Part shown: in pieces, positions 1-10,277 of the stretch
How positions within the stretch are numbered: the first letter of the stretch is position 1
Layout of the letters: each line of letters starts with the position of its first letter
NCBI GenBank assembly: GCA_030167865.1
Contig: JALAGF010001898.1
Location: forward strand, 1-37,553
Direction of reading: 5' to 3'
Length of the DNA stretch: 37,553 nt
Origin: Craspedostauros australis
Lineage: Eukaryota
Translations under genes and position numbers: made by a program
Notes under the pieces: generated by a model
What the model was told of the DNA's origin: nothing
Seen by the model: only the letters and a program-made list of their open reading frames with translations
Databases searched by the model: none

Positions 1-207
1 AGAAGCATCAACTGTGCATGCAGGATGAGCCATGCACTTGTATTCTTGCAGACAGATGCCTTCACATATGTAGTCTCTTTTGGAGGTAGAGTGCCTGTCC
101 ATTTGTTGCTCAATCGTGTGTACTGGTGGTAGTACAGACAATTCGGTCACCGGTCAATGGGGACATGAAGGGAAAATACCAATTTTCAGCAATTTTTCAG
201 TGACATC

Positions 208-2616
208 ATGGTATATTGCAACTATCCTCGTGAGAGAAGTGGATCGATTCACTATCGCGGCAGAAGAGCCTCGGCCAAGAGGTTTCCATCCAAGTACGTG
301 CATGGGACTGCATTCTCGCATCAGGCCAACAATGGAGACCATGAACACACGCCCAACATCAATGACAACAACAACGACAATACCAACGGCAACGATAACA
401 TCAACGACAATGGTAAAGGCACCGGCGGTAATCCAACCGCTGCCCCTCAGTCGAAGATCTCCGAACCTGACCCAGTCGAATTTGAGGAGGACATCTACAG
501 CCTCCTCTTCATCACGAAGGTGCGGACCAACGCCTTCTGGATCTCCTTCGCCGTCTTCGGCATCCAAATGATGGTCCTCGTCCTGCTCATCCTCGACCTT
601 CTCAACAAGGAGGACGAGTTTGCTCTCAAGAACCCTCTCAAGGCGCCGCTGGTCAAAAACGACGGAACCGTCATCATGGCGCAGTACATCGCTATCATCA
701 TCGCCATCGTCACACAAGACGAGTTGGTCAATACCATCGGCCTCGTGACCACCTCATTCCACACAAAGGCCCTCAACAAGCAGATATCTGATTTCAAAAG
801 CTCCAACCGTGATGCGAGCATGACGGCTATTGTGGACAACGTGCAGTACTGGAGGTTCATCTTGTGCAGCCTGGGCCGCTTCACTGCTGGTCTGCTCACC
901 ATCACCACCAGCTTCCTCTTCATCGTCCAGTCCGACAACATCCTCGATATGTTCATGAACTTCGCAGCCCTGGAGTTCGTGTCGGAGCTGGACAACATGG
1001 CATTCCAGATCGCGACGCAGAACTTCTGCGGAAACTCCATGGCACAAGCAGCCGAACTTGTCAAAGGGCTGTCCCTTCCAGTCACGCGACCACATCTGCG
1101 TTGGATCCAGCGATCCATCTTCTTGATCCTGCTGCTGGGTATGGCCAGTGGCCTGGGTGTGCTGCAGAGAAGGCAGGCGAACGGCGTCTTCCTCTACGAC
1201 AGCTCATGTCTGGACATGTACATCACGCTGGGTGACGCCGTCCTGGACCTGCAGCACCCGTTCTACTTCGGCGACACGAAGCGCGACGTATCTCTGTTCG
1301 CTGACGACATCCAGAACGCTACCCTCTTCAAGAACGATGGTTCAGAGCAGCCAGAGGAGTCTCCCGATCTGGTGTACTCCTTCTTCAGCGGCACCTACAA
1401 GACCAACGACAACGACCGACCATTCAATCGCAGGCCCGTGTACTACCAAGACGGGCTGAAGGGCGATTCAACTGCCGGCATGTTCTACTACTGCGACGGC
1501 GAACAAGCCTGGGTGTTCACGATCCCTGCCTTGCACAAGAACATTCCATCCGAATCGTGGCGAGACTGTGAGCACGGCTGGCTGATGCAGTCGCCCATCA
1601 CAACAGCGGCGAGCTTGGAAGATGCCCCGCTGGAAGGATGGAACGTCTGGACAGGCGCAGTCGACAAGATGGACATCCGCATATCCTGCACTCAATGCAT
1701 CCGAGACTCCGATTGTGGTCTGCAGAATGGAAGGTGCACCTCAAAAACCCAAGTCTGCGAATGCAACGAAGGTTTCATCGGCCTGCACTGCGAAGAAGAT
1801 GCACGGCTGTGTCCTGAGATCTCTTGGATCAAATACGGATCCAGCTCATCAAAGTACAAGCTGCTATCCACCTTCACGCCCCTGCGCAACGCGGATCCGG
1901 ACGAAAGCAGCGACACGATCTTCATCTACGGCCGTCCCGCATACGTGGCCCCGGACGACTCTCAGAATCCCGGGCTGACTGGGATCGTTTTTTACACAGG
2001 ATCCAGGTGGATCGAGGTGCTGTGGGACAGCAAGGATCTCAACGACATCCAGGACATCGGCGACAATCCGATCCATGCCTTCTGGCATGTGGATCGCGGC
2101 AAGGACATGATCGCCTTCAGCGCGGCGACGGGGAGCTTCTACCCAGCCCACAACCAATGGTTTTTCACGCGCAAGTCCGCATCAACGCGTGATGACTCGC
2201 CTGTCCTGGATCAGCTGTTCGGAATCCACTACGAGGGTGACGAGGTGGCTCTGGAGTGCTCGCAGCCGGTGTACAAGCTCGTCGCCGACACTGAGCCGGA
2301 TGGAGGCGACTATCTCACGGTGTGCGGGTTGTTCGGGACGCCGAACGAAAAGACGAAGGTGTGCGATTGCTTCAGGGGGTACAGCGGCGTGCACTGCGAG
2401 TTCAGCCCAGCGAGTGAGTACGTGCTGGAGCAGAGCATCAGCTTCCTGAGAGCAATTGAGAAGCAGGTGGATCCAGACACCGACAAGATACACTCGTATG
2501 AACGCAACGCGTTCCACGACATGTACTGGTCGCAGTACACGGAACAGGAACTGTACGATGCGCTCTGCCGCGAAGTCAGCAAACATTACGCGTGCTCGTT
2601 TGTGGGAGGATTTTAG
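208..2616 (+). CDS. Multipass membrane protein (802 aa) with a large Cys-rich C-terminal region containing two EGF-like modules
   Basis: Long ORF with GC3-biased codons. Several hydrophobic segments in aa ~105-320 (FWISFAVFGIQMMVLVLLILDLL; YIAIIIAIV; FTAGLLTITTSFLFIV; SIFLILLLGMASGLGVL) and a FMNFAALEFVSELDNMAF motif. EGF-type CxCxxGFxGxxC twice (CECNEGFIGLHC; CDCFRGYSGVHC). Asn-rich N-terminus; start codon uncertain. Confidence 0.85.
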   Translation: MVYCNYPRERSGSIHYRGRRASAKRFPSKYVHGTAFSHQANNGDHEHTPNINDNNNDNTNGNDNINDNGKGTGGNPTAAPQSKISEPDPVEFEEDIYSLLFITKVRTNAFWISFAVFGIQMMVLVLLILDLLNKEDEFALKNPLKAPLVKNDGTVIMAQYIAIIIAIVTQDELVNTIGLVTTSFHTKALNKQISDFKSSNRDASMTAIVDNVQYWRFILCSLGRFTAGLLTITTSFLFIVQSDNILDMFMNFAALEFVSELDNMAFQIATQNFCGNSMAQAAELVKGLSLPVTRPHLRWIQRSIFLILLLGMASGLGVLQRRQANGVFLYDSSCLDMYITLGDAVLDLQHPFYFGDTKRDVSLFADDIQNATLFKNDGSEQPEESPDLVYSFFSGTYKTNDNDRPFNRRPVYYQDGLKGDSTAGMFYYCDGEQAWVFTIPALHKNIPSESWRDCEHGWLMQSPITTAASLEDAPLEGWNVWTGAVDKMDIRISCTQCIRDSDCGLQNGRCTSKTQVCECNEGFIGLHCEEDARLCPEISWIKYGSSSSKYKLLSTFTPLRNADPDESSDTIFIYGRPAYVAPDDSQNPGLTGIVFYTGSRWIEVLWDSKDLNDIQDIGDNPIHAFWHVDRGKDMIAFSAATGSFYPAHNQWFFTRKSASTRDDSPVLDQLFGIHYEGDEVALECSQPVYKLVADTEPDGGDYLTVCGLFGTPNEKTKVCDCFRGYSGVHCEFSPASEYVLEQSISFLRAIEKQVDPDTDKIHSYERNAFHDMYWSQYTEQELYDALCREVSKHYACSFVGGF

Positions 2617-4387
2617 GAGAGCGCTTGTTCTGCTGGTAGAGCAATAAAGTATAATTAGGAGAACTCACAGGGGTATCTCGGGATGCGAGTTGTATTCTGC
2701 AACAAACCTGTTCGTCCTATCACTCGTATAGCAAGACTTCTCCTCTACGACAGTGTCCCATATCATCGTGGAATGAAGCATGCTCTGCGAATGTGTACCT
2801 CGCACTCGCATGGTACCATATGTTTACTCTAACCCCGTTATGGTAGACAGCGGTTTTGCCGCTCTGGTTCTCATTTCGCCGGTTTCACTTCGTTGGCAAC
2901 ATCCGAATCTGGGCGATGTTGAAGTTCTTCGAAATTTGACTCAACCGATCCAAAACGATCGACGAAAGAAGTGTCAAGTGACGTGTGCGTGGAACGAAGC
3001 GAGGTGATGGTGAATTTGCGTGTGCAGAAACCATGCGCGCAAACCTGGAGCCGTGATGTGATTTGGTTTTGATTTGATGTGTTGACAGCTCCCTTTTGCA
3101 TTGATGTTGCTGAGCTATCGGCACCACGCTAAAACGTATGCGACCAAGTACCACTACAAGTGTTGATGTGGACTGATGGACTTTCCGGAAGGGTCGCAAA
3201 GGCTGTCGGCATCGCGTGAGATGGCTGGGGATAGATCGAGGAGTGAATGAGGCTCAAAGCGAGGGCCAAAAGTGACAGGAGGATCATTCAAGTTTGCAGA
3301 GAGCGCGATCGGTGTTGTTGACACGCAGAACAAAACGTACTTCAAAACACAGATAGGACTGCTACACGTCGAGAGGTTGGCTCATTGGAATAGTACTCGC
3401 TTGGTCCCATACTAATACTCATACTGTACACACGGATGGAGTGGTGTTGATGTCATGGATCTATTCTCCAAAGCACGTACTCCACGTCGTCTCAGTTGTT
3501 GCGATCGCCATCGTGATTGATGGCTCCGGACGAGATGCGATCCGAGACGTCAGAACGTTGGCAGGACGGTCACGAATGATGTCATGGGGAGGTCGTACGC
3601 ACATCTGAGCGTCTGTATCACAGTTGGCAAAAGTCATGAGAGCAAGTGCGTAGTAGTATGAGCGTTGCATTTGTTTCGGCGCCCACGCACACGGAGACAC
3701 CTCTGTGATGGTTCGTTGCGTTGAGAAGCGTCGTTTCAAGATTGTGACGTCGGTATCCGTGATCTCCATGCGCAGAAGCAAGTTGATGCGTATTCACAGG
3801 TCGCACGTTGCTCGGAGTGGGTACGTGCGTGGGTATCCGTTGATGATCGGCAAGTTCTCATTGCGGGTGAGAAGATTCTGACACCGGGATCGACCAGATG
3901 AGTTCTGTCAGCCATCAAGGTCACTTCCATTGCGGCAACCTCGGATCTCACGGGCGCGTCCATAGTACCTTGGCAGCCACACGGACGATCGTGGGATGAT
4001 GCGGAGTTTGCAAGCATTGGTAGAATAGAATGGAGTAGAGTTGAGGACAGGATGGATTTGTTTGTCTGCTTTGTTGGTTAATAACGCTGTTAGTATGGTG
4101 CACTGGATCACACTGCAGTACGTCTGAGTTGATGTGCATGCATGCATGTCTGCTGCTTTGAGTGCGTTCTCTGATGAAAATTGTGTCCTCTCGTCCGTGT
4201 TCGTTGTTGCTGTGCTCTGGGTTGGCTGCCTACCGCAATCAACGTTGCCAATGATGAGGTTGCCGATGGTGAGGCATCAGAACCCCATCAAGTGGAAGTG
4301 AGAGAGTGAGAAGGTTTGGGTAAACCTTGCAGAGCAAACCCAGCTCGTCTGTAGAGCATGGGTATGGCACCGACAATAAGGCGCCGT

Positions 4388-4927
4388 TCAAAAGAAGATG
4401 GCACCGTCATTCTCGTCATCGTTTGCATCGTCCGCACAATCCATCATGTGCATGGGCGCCGACGATTCCAGGTTGTGCCAGCTCTCACCGCAGCACGACG
4501 ATGGCCGCATGGTGGCATCATCCTGCACGACGGCCGAACCCATGGAGGAGAGGGAGGTGTAGGCCCGCCTCGTGTCGGTTGTGCCCCAGCAGGCGCTGCC
4601 ATTCTCATTGTGTTGCAGGTTGCGTGGTTGGAAGGGGGATTGTCTCTGATGCAGCTGCTGTTGCGAATGGAAGACGGCGCTGGGATTGTGCGGCGAGCAT
4701 GGTGCGGCAGGCGATGCGGCGGAGGATGCCGCTGTTGTCGCGATCGCCTGGTTGCTGGAGTCGCAGCCGTAGCCGTAGTTGTGATCGTAAGTGTAATCAT
4801 AGCTGTAATCATAGCCGTGATCGCAGTTGTTGTAGTCAGGAGGGGAAGGAGAGATGGAGAGTGCTGCCAGATTCAGGCAGCTGAGGCCCTGACCTGCAGA
4901 GGCCGATTGGAAGGCTTGGTTGGACAT
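4388..4927 (-). CDS. Small disordered Ser/Ala/Gln-rich hypothetical protein (179 aa)
   Basis: ATG at 4927 is preceded by a CAA-rich leader (ACAACAACAAC ATG). Contains DY-repeats, a WGTTDTRRAYTSLSSM motif and an acidic-aromatic C-terminus (DDENDGAIFF). The ORF track starts upstream at a non-ATG codon. Confidence 0.6.
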   Translation of the reverse strand: MSNQAFQSASAGQGLSCLNLAALSISPSPPDYNNCDHGYDYSYDYTYDHNYGYGCDSSNQAIATTAASSAASPAAPCSPHNPSAVFHSQQQLHQRQSPFQPRNLQHNENGSACWGTTDTRRAYTSLSSMGSAVVQDDATMRPSSCCGESWHNLESSAPMHMMDCADDANDDENDGAIFF

Positions 4928-5949
4928 GTTGTTGTTGTCGTTGTTGCTTCGGGTGATGCTGAAGGTGATGCTCTGGAAGGAAAACGGTCTGCTCAATGCT
5001 CTTTTCTATTCTGCTTGATGTATAATAGCAATGCCAATAGCAACGTATAGTTGAGTGACAGTTTTCGTTGATGTGAGATCACGGCGAAGTTGAGAGGCAG
5101 GGCAACTTCGGAAATGATCAACGCTGTTTTGTGGGACGTTGGTCGGTTCCGATCAAGGGGAGGGGATGGCTGCGGGCGGATCGTCAAGTACGCGTATCGT
5201 AGAATAGGTTGTATCGGCTGGATGCGAGGCAGAGTAGTCGAATGGTTGGATGGCTTGGATGGTCTGAATGGTCTGAATGGCTTGGGTGATTACTTGATTC
5301 GAAACAGATTGTTGTCAAACTGGGTGTTCGGTTTGGTTTGCACAGAAGAGAAGGCTATGATCTGTGCGAGAAGGAGACTGTTGGAGTGGCTGCGGATTCG
5401 TTCTCGTTGGTGTCTGTTGATACAGAGGAGGGATGGCTTCTTCTTACTTTGATTGCTTTGGCAGTTTGGCTGTTTGGTTGGTTGTGAGAAGAATCGGTCG
5501 TTGGGACGGAGTTTCGCATCTCTGCTTCTGCTTTTCAGGTTGGGAGCGTGTGTCTGCGCGTGTGCAGGAGATATTTTCTTGTGTGCGTGCTCTGTAGTCG
5601 TACACGCTGTAATGTCACGGCTGCGTTGCACGCCGCTTCTCTGCTTTCTTTGTTTTCTGTGCTTCCTTCCGCTTTTAATGCCTCTTCCGCTCTCTTCTTC
5701 GTTCGATGACGCGGCTGATTTCGATTCCCGATCAGCACTGACACCTTTCGACACCACCCGACTCGTTGCGCGTGCCGCCGCCGTGCTTCTGCGTGTTTGC
5801 TGTGTCCGCGTGTTGAATTTGCATTTACCACGTTGCTCGTGCGCACACAGCACAACACAAGAGCGTGCACGAATTGTCCGAGTACGCACAGTAGATCGTG
5901 CGTATGGTCGTACGCACAGCACACTGTCCCAACGAGAAACGCGACATCG

Positions 5950-6381
5950 CACGTGGCGCGTCACCAATGCCCCAAAGCAACTGCAACCCAGAATTTCATA
6001 AATAACCGTGACACGCACCGAAAGGCACAAACATCAACCACAACGCGCGACAACTTCTGCGAAGTTCATCGCACATCGATTTTGTGTCAATACGTCAGCC
6101 CGCCCATCTTCCATCATTGGTGGACTTCGATCAGAATCAGCTGCTCCCTGTCAGGAAACCTGCATGACGTATGTTCACTCGCCTTTTTCATCGATGATGT
6201 CAACTCAAACCAACACATCTCATTGGAGGATTGGTCGCAAAATGCCACATCGAATACCGTTTCAAAGTATCAAGTACTTACTCAGATTTATATTTCAGTT
6301 TTCACAATTAACCAAGAGAACCTCAGCACTCTCACGTCAGCTCCATTTTCCACGTTCGTGGCAATGATTTGTGCACACGTA
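5950..6381. promoter_or_regulatory. Cluster of ACGT-core elements (3x TGACGT, 1x CACGTG) in the intergenic region between two divergent genes
   Basis: CACGTG 5950-5955; ACGTCA 6092-6097; TGACGT 6165-6170; ACGTCA 6334-6339; CACGTT 6351-6356; CACGTA 6376-6381. Function is inferred only. Confidence 0.35.
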
Positions 6382-6994
6382 AGCGCCAAATTGTGGGATT
6401 CTCATCGATCTTTTGTACATTGCGCGTTGTTGCCGTTGTTGCCGTTGATGCCGTCCGTGTTGTTGGCCTTGTTTTGTCGTTTTTGCGGTTAGTGGTGGGA
6501 TCACTTCAAGGTGGAGCGCTTTTATCATTCCGGAATTGTCGCAGGGAGTGGTTTGATCCACCGCAACGCAAGACAACATCGTGCAACGTGTGCACACAGA
6601 CACGATTGCAAGAACACAAATGACATCGGCACAAGCGCAAGCAGAGAAAGCACGAGCAAAGTGAGCGCACACTGGACGGAAGGAATCGAGGGGACAAGAC
6701 CACTGTCGGTAAAACACTGATGCTGGTAAAACACTACTGTCGGTAGAAGAGGAACAGCCAGTGACAAGACACCATCAACGTTCCCGTCAACCAGATCTCA
6801 TCCCAAAGCCGAAAGGAATTCATTCAAGCAGTCATTCACTCGTTCATCGATCTGTCTTCACACCAATCCACAATCGTCCCATAAAAAAGAAAAGCCCACA
6901 TCAAGAGCCATCATCACACAACATCAGACATCTCCAGCCACCAACCAACACAACCAATACATCCACTGCATCCAATACAACACACCAAGCCAAC

Positions 6995-7333
6995 ATGCCA
7001 GGAATCCTCAGCAACTCATACTCGGCTTCGTCCAGACGCGTCGGCCGTCGTAGATCATCCCTCACGCACGGCACCAGGCAAAGAAGGGGCAGCATGTCCT
7101 CTGCTTCCACAGCATCATCACGATCTTCGTCAAGATCATCGTCCAGATCGTCATCAACAGCATCGTCAAGATTACCGTCCATCGACATGCCCAACGGACA
7201 AAGACGGAGGGTCGCGAGCTCGGAATACGACGCCCTCATGCCCTCCATGTACGAATCAAGCGACGAGAGTCTCGATTGCAGTACGCACGGCAATAACGAC
7301 AATGATGAATGGGGACACTTTGTGGACATCTAA
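6995..7333 (+). CDS. Small Ser/Arg-rich disordered protein (112 aa) ending in DDEWGHFVDI-like motif
   Basis: ATG 6995 in a CAAC-ATG context after an A/C-rich leader. RRRSS and RRGS basophilic motifs, Ser tracts, terminal DNDEWGHFVDI*. Confidence 0.65.
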   Translation: MPGILSNSYSASSRRVGRRRSSLTHGTRQRRGSMSSASTASSRSSSRSSSRSSSTASSRLPSIDMPNGQRRRVASSEYDALMPSMYESSDESLDCSTHGNNDNDEWGHFVDI

Positions 7334-8099
7334 GATGCCACTGTCCTTTCATTCTCCAACAGCAACTCTCTCTCAACAAAGGATCCGGCGATGCTCCCCT
7401 TTCCGTTCCTTGGAGGAACGGTCTGATGGCAGATGCACACGCCCACGGATTCCGGCTCATCTCGACGCGTCCATCATGGATGGGTCTGTACCAATACGAT
7501 CTGCAAATGCAAATGCAACCACGCAAGTACCATACAATGTATCGACTGCACAAGTACGAATGTACAGTAACACTAGCACATGAACATTTCAAGCCATACC
7601 AATCCAAACCTGCAACCAGCCAAGCACGTATTCAGTCTTGTACCGTACTATTATTAGAACCCAATACTCCGAGTTTGTTGCACTCCTGTGCATCATTTCC
7701 TTCCTGAGTGTTCGTGCCCACAAATTCACGAACCAGCGAGCGAACATTGGATTCATTCCATCACAGTAATAGGCAGCCAGTTGACGCAACCCATCACGAA
7801 AGGTGTCAACAAGGTGAACATCCAATCAATGATGATCACGGATTCAAAGTATCCCCTTCTCATATGTTGACATGGGAAGCCATCACACATCCTAACCTGG
7901 GGCACAAAGCACAAACTGTGAATCGCCGATACGGGGCTGGATGATGTCTCCATTCTTCGAATCACTCCATCTGCTCATACCAGTACGTACAGGCATTCTC
8001 GATGTCTACTATGCCTTGGCAACGACAATCATCCAACTGTGGCCAATGATACTGTCGTGCTTCTTGGAGTAGAGTGTCCTCTGTTCCTCCACCTGCCCC

Positions 8100-10005
8100 C
8101 ACTGCCATTGCCGTTTCCATTGCCGTCCCGACCCTTGCTTGATCCCCACACCCGCAACCACCTACCCCGCGCAGCAATCCTCCCTCGCGTTCCCTGCACC
8201 GCCACCGTCACCGCCACTGGCAGGTGCATAGTTCAGCCACGCATCGCGAGCCATCCCAGCGACAGAGATCCCCACGCAATCACTCTTACCATGCGTCCAC
8301 CACTCGGAGGCGTGCCGCCGCGTCAGAGCCCAAAAGACATCGATGCCTCTGCGGTCGCCCAACGCCGTCCGAGTGCCGAATGGGGGCCGTGCCTCGCCCG
8401 TATCTGCCGAGAAGCAGTGAATGCGCCGAATGCGTTTGCAGGGGCATTCTCACTTTGGTTGCACCGCATGACAGCTCCGTAGACGCGCCGCAGCTGTGTG
8501 GCTCCGACTGAAACTTCTCGAGGTTGGCATACTCTGCGCGTGCCGAATCACTCGCCACCGAGTACAGCTCCGGTCCCAGCTTTCGACGCCTGGACAGCGT
8601 GCGCACGAGTTTCCTGCACAGCATCAATCTGGTGTTGTGCTCCAGCTCCCTGGATTGAAGCTCACTAGTGGCTTCTTGCGAAACCCCACTGAGACGTGGC
8701 TCAAGGACGAAGACGAAGGCCTTGCAACCGAACAAGGGTCCGCTCTCCGCAATATCTGTGGCCGCCACGAGGCCACGATGGTCGTTGCCACCCTCCTTCG
8801 GAATCTGGACGCCAACCCTGCCTTTGGGTGACATGAACGACGCATGCAAGCGACGCACATCGTTTCTGGCATCGCGATGCATGGCCGGCGGGTCGAAGTG
8901 ACCCTGCTTCTCCTTCTCCATCCGAAGGGGCGGTGGCATTGAGGGACACGAACGTTATTCCCTTCGGTTTCTCCTTCAGTAGCTTGGTGACGTGCGCTTG
9001 GTCTTGTTGACACAGTTGCGATTATCCACGTTGTCGAGATGGACCAAGGCAGTCGAGATGGACCAAGGCAGTCGACAGGCGGAAATGACACTTGGCGTGG
9101 TCAGGATCCAGATGATCGAAAAACGGCACGGCAATCTGCCTCCACATCTTCCCACTATCCTCGACCCACGTAGATCTGCGCTCTGTTGCTGAGGCAGGCG
9201 ATCTTGTCGTCTCTGGAGATCGAAGCATCCTTGTTGGAACTCTTGTAGAGACGATCGGCTGCGTGAAACCTCGCCTTCAACATTGTCTTATGTCCCTCTT
9301 GACGAAGATTCGAAGCAGAGATGCACCGGGTCCTTTCGCTTGCACGCAGCCAGGTCGGCCCTAGGTCGGTCCTGGATGCTATTCTTGGCCTCCAGCCAGT
9401 CCTCTTCATCCAGATAGAGAAGGACGCATCTCGGATTATCACATCGCAGGACCAGCGGTCGTTGGCGATCAGCCGAAACATTGATCATGTCGCGACGGAC
9501 GACGGCAACGTGCAGGCCATCCATAAAAAGCTTCTTCTGGGTCATCATCTTCCATGAGACATTGGTACGCCCGGAGTTGGATGATGGCGCCGTCGTCATC
9601 CTGAACCAGCATCACCGTAGAAAGGACGCGATCAGGCCTGTGGACGACCGTGACGAACAAAGTGCGCCCCTTATGCACGACCGCGACATTTTGTGCAATC
9701 TCTTGCAGAGTGATGGGCTTGGTGCCTCAGATCTCACCTGCGGGTCCCACCATGTGGGTCTCACACCTCAAGCTGAACTCGTCAACATGAGGATTGAATT
9801 CTCTCGAGGATGCGTCCCCTTTGGATTTGGTGCGCGTCGCCTCATACTCGAACGAAGCTGTGAACTCTCGCACCGGCACTTCATTTGGCGTCAGACGAGC
9901 CTCGTGCGTTGGAGGGTTGCTGGGCTCCTGGTATCTGTCATGGTTCGGAGGAGTGATCTGTTTCATCTTGTGAATCGTATTCATGGTACATCTCTTCAAT
10001 ATCAT
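8100..10005 (-). pseudogene. Degenerate tandem paralog of the adjacent TPR-SET gene (many frameshifts, internal deletion)
   Basis: Colinear fragments in different frames match the 953-aa protein: HKGRTLFVTVVHRPDRVLSTVMLVQDDDG vs HEGYTLFVKVAHKPYRLVGSAMLVQDDNG; LVLRCDNPRCVLLYLDEEDWL vs LVLRCDNPQCIVLYPDEESWL; DDKIACLSNRAQIYV vs EDKIACLSNRAETYV; DHLDPDHAKCHFRLSTA vs DHLDPGHVKCRFRLATA; RRLHASFMSPKGRVGVQIPKEG vs HRLHASFVSPKVKVGAEIPKEG; QLRRVYGAVMRC vs QLWRVVGSSMRC. Ends are approximate. Confidence 0.9.
9033..9075. repeat. Perfect 19-bp tandem duplication (GTCGAGATGGACCAAGGCA x2 + GTCGA)
   Basis: Units at 9033-9051 and 9052-9070, read directly. Confidence 0.95.
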
Positions 10006-10277
10006 CGGCCCCCGCTTGCTGAAGCGGGCCTTGACGAAGGAGCGTGTTTGAACCTACGCTGTGCATCCGTTCGAACTGCTCGACCATGGAAGGCTCATTC
10101 GTATCAATGGGATCCAGGACGGACTGCTGATTTGGCATTGTGGTATTCCACAGACGTGCTATATAATACTCTACTGAGGTGGGGTACTCTGATGCTCTGG
10201 ACTATTCTCCTCTCGTCTGCTACGATCTTTCCACGACTCAACCAACCATCCGATCCATCCATCGATCGCTGGACACA

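Noticed and set aside
2617..4380. 1.7-kb region between convergent genes examined for RNA genes or transposon remnants
   Set aside because: No tRNA/snRNA signatures, terminal inverted repeats or transposase/RT motifs recognised by eye; an Rfam or RepeatModeler scan could still find something.
5290..6492. Overlapping 180-246 aa ORFs in the divergent spacer
   Set aside because: Mostly non-ATG starts, no GC3 bias, Arg/Cys/Thr-rich random-like composition; better explained as promoter/UTR DNA.
7302..7707. ORFs beginning immediately after the WGHFVDI stop (TAAG-ATG)
   Set aside because: No codon bias or motif; likely 3' UTR.
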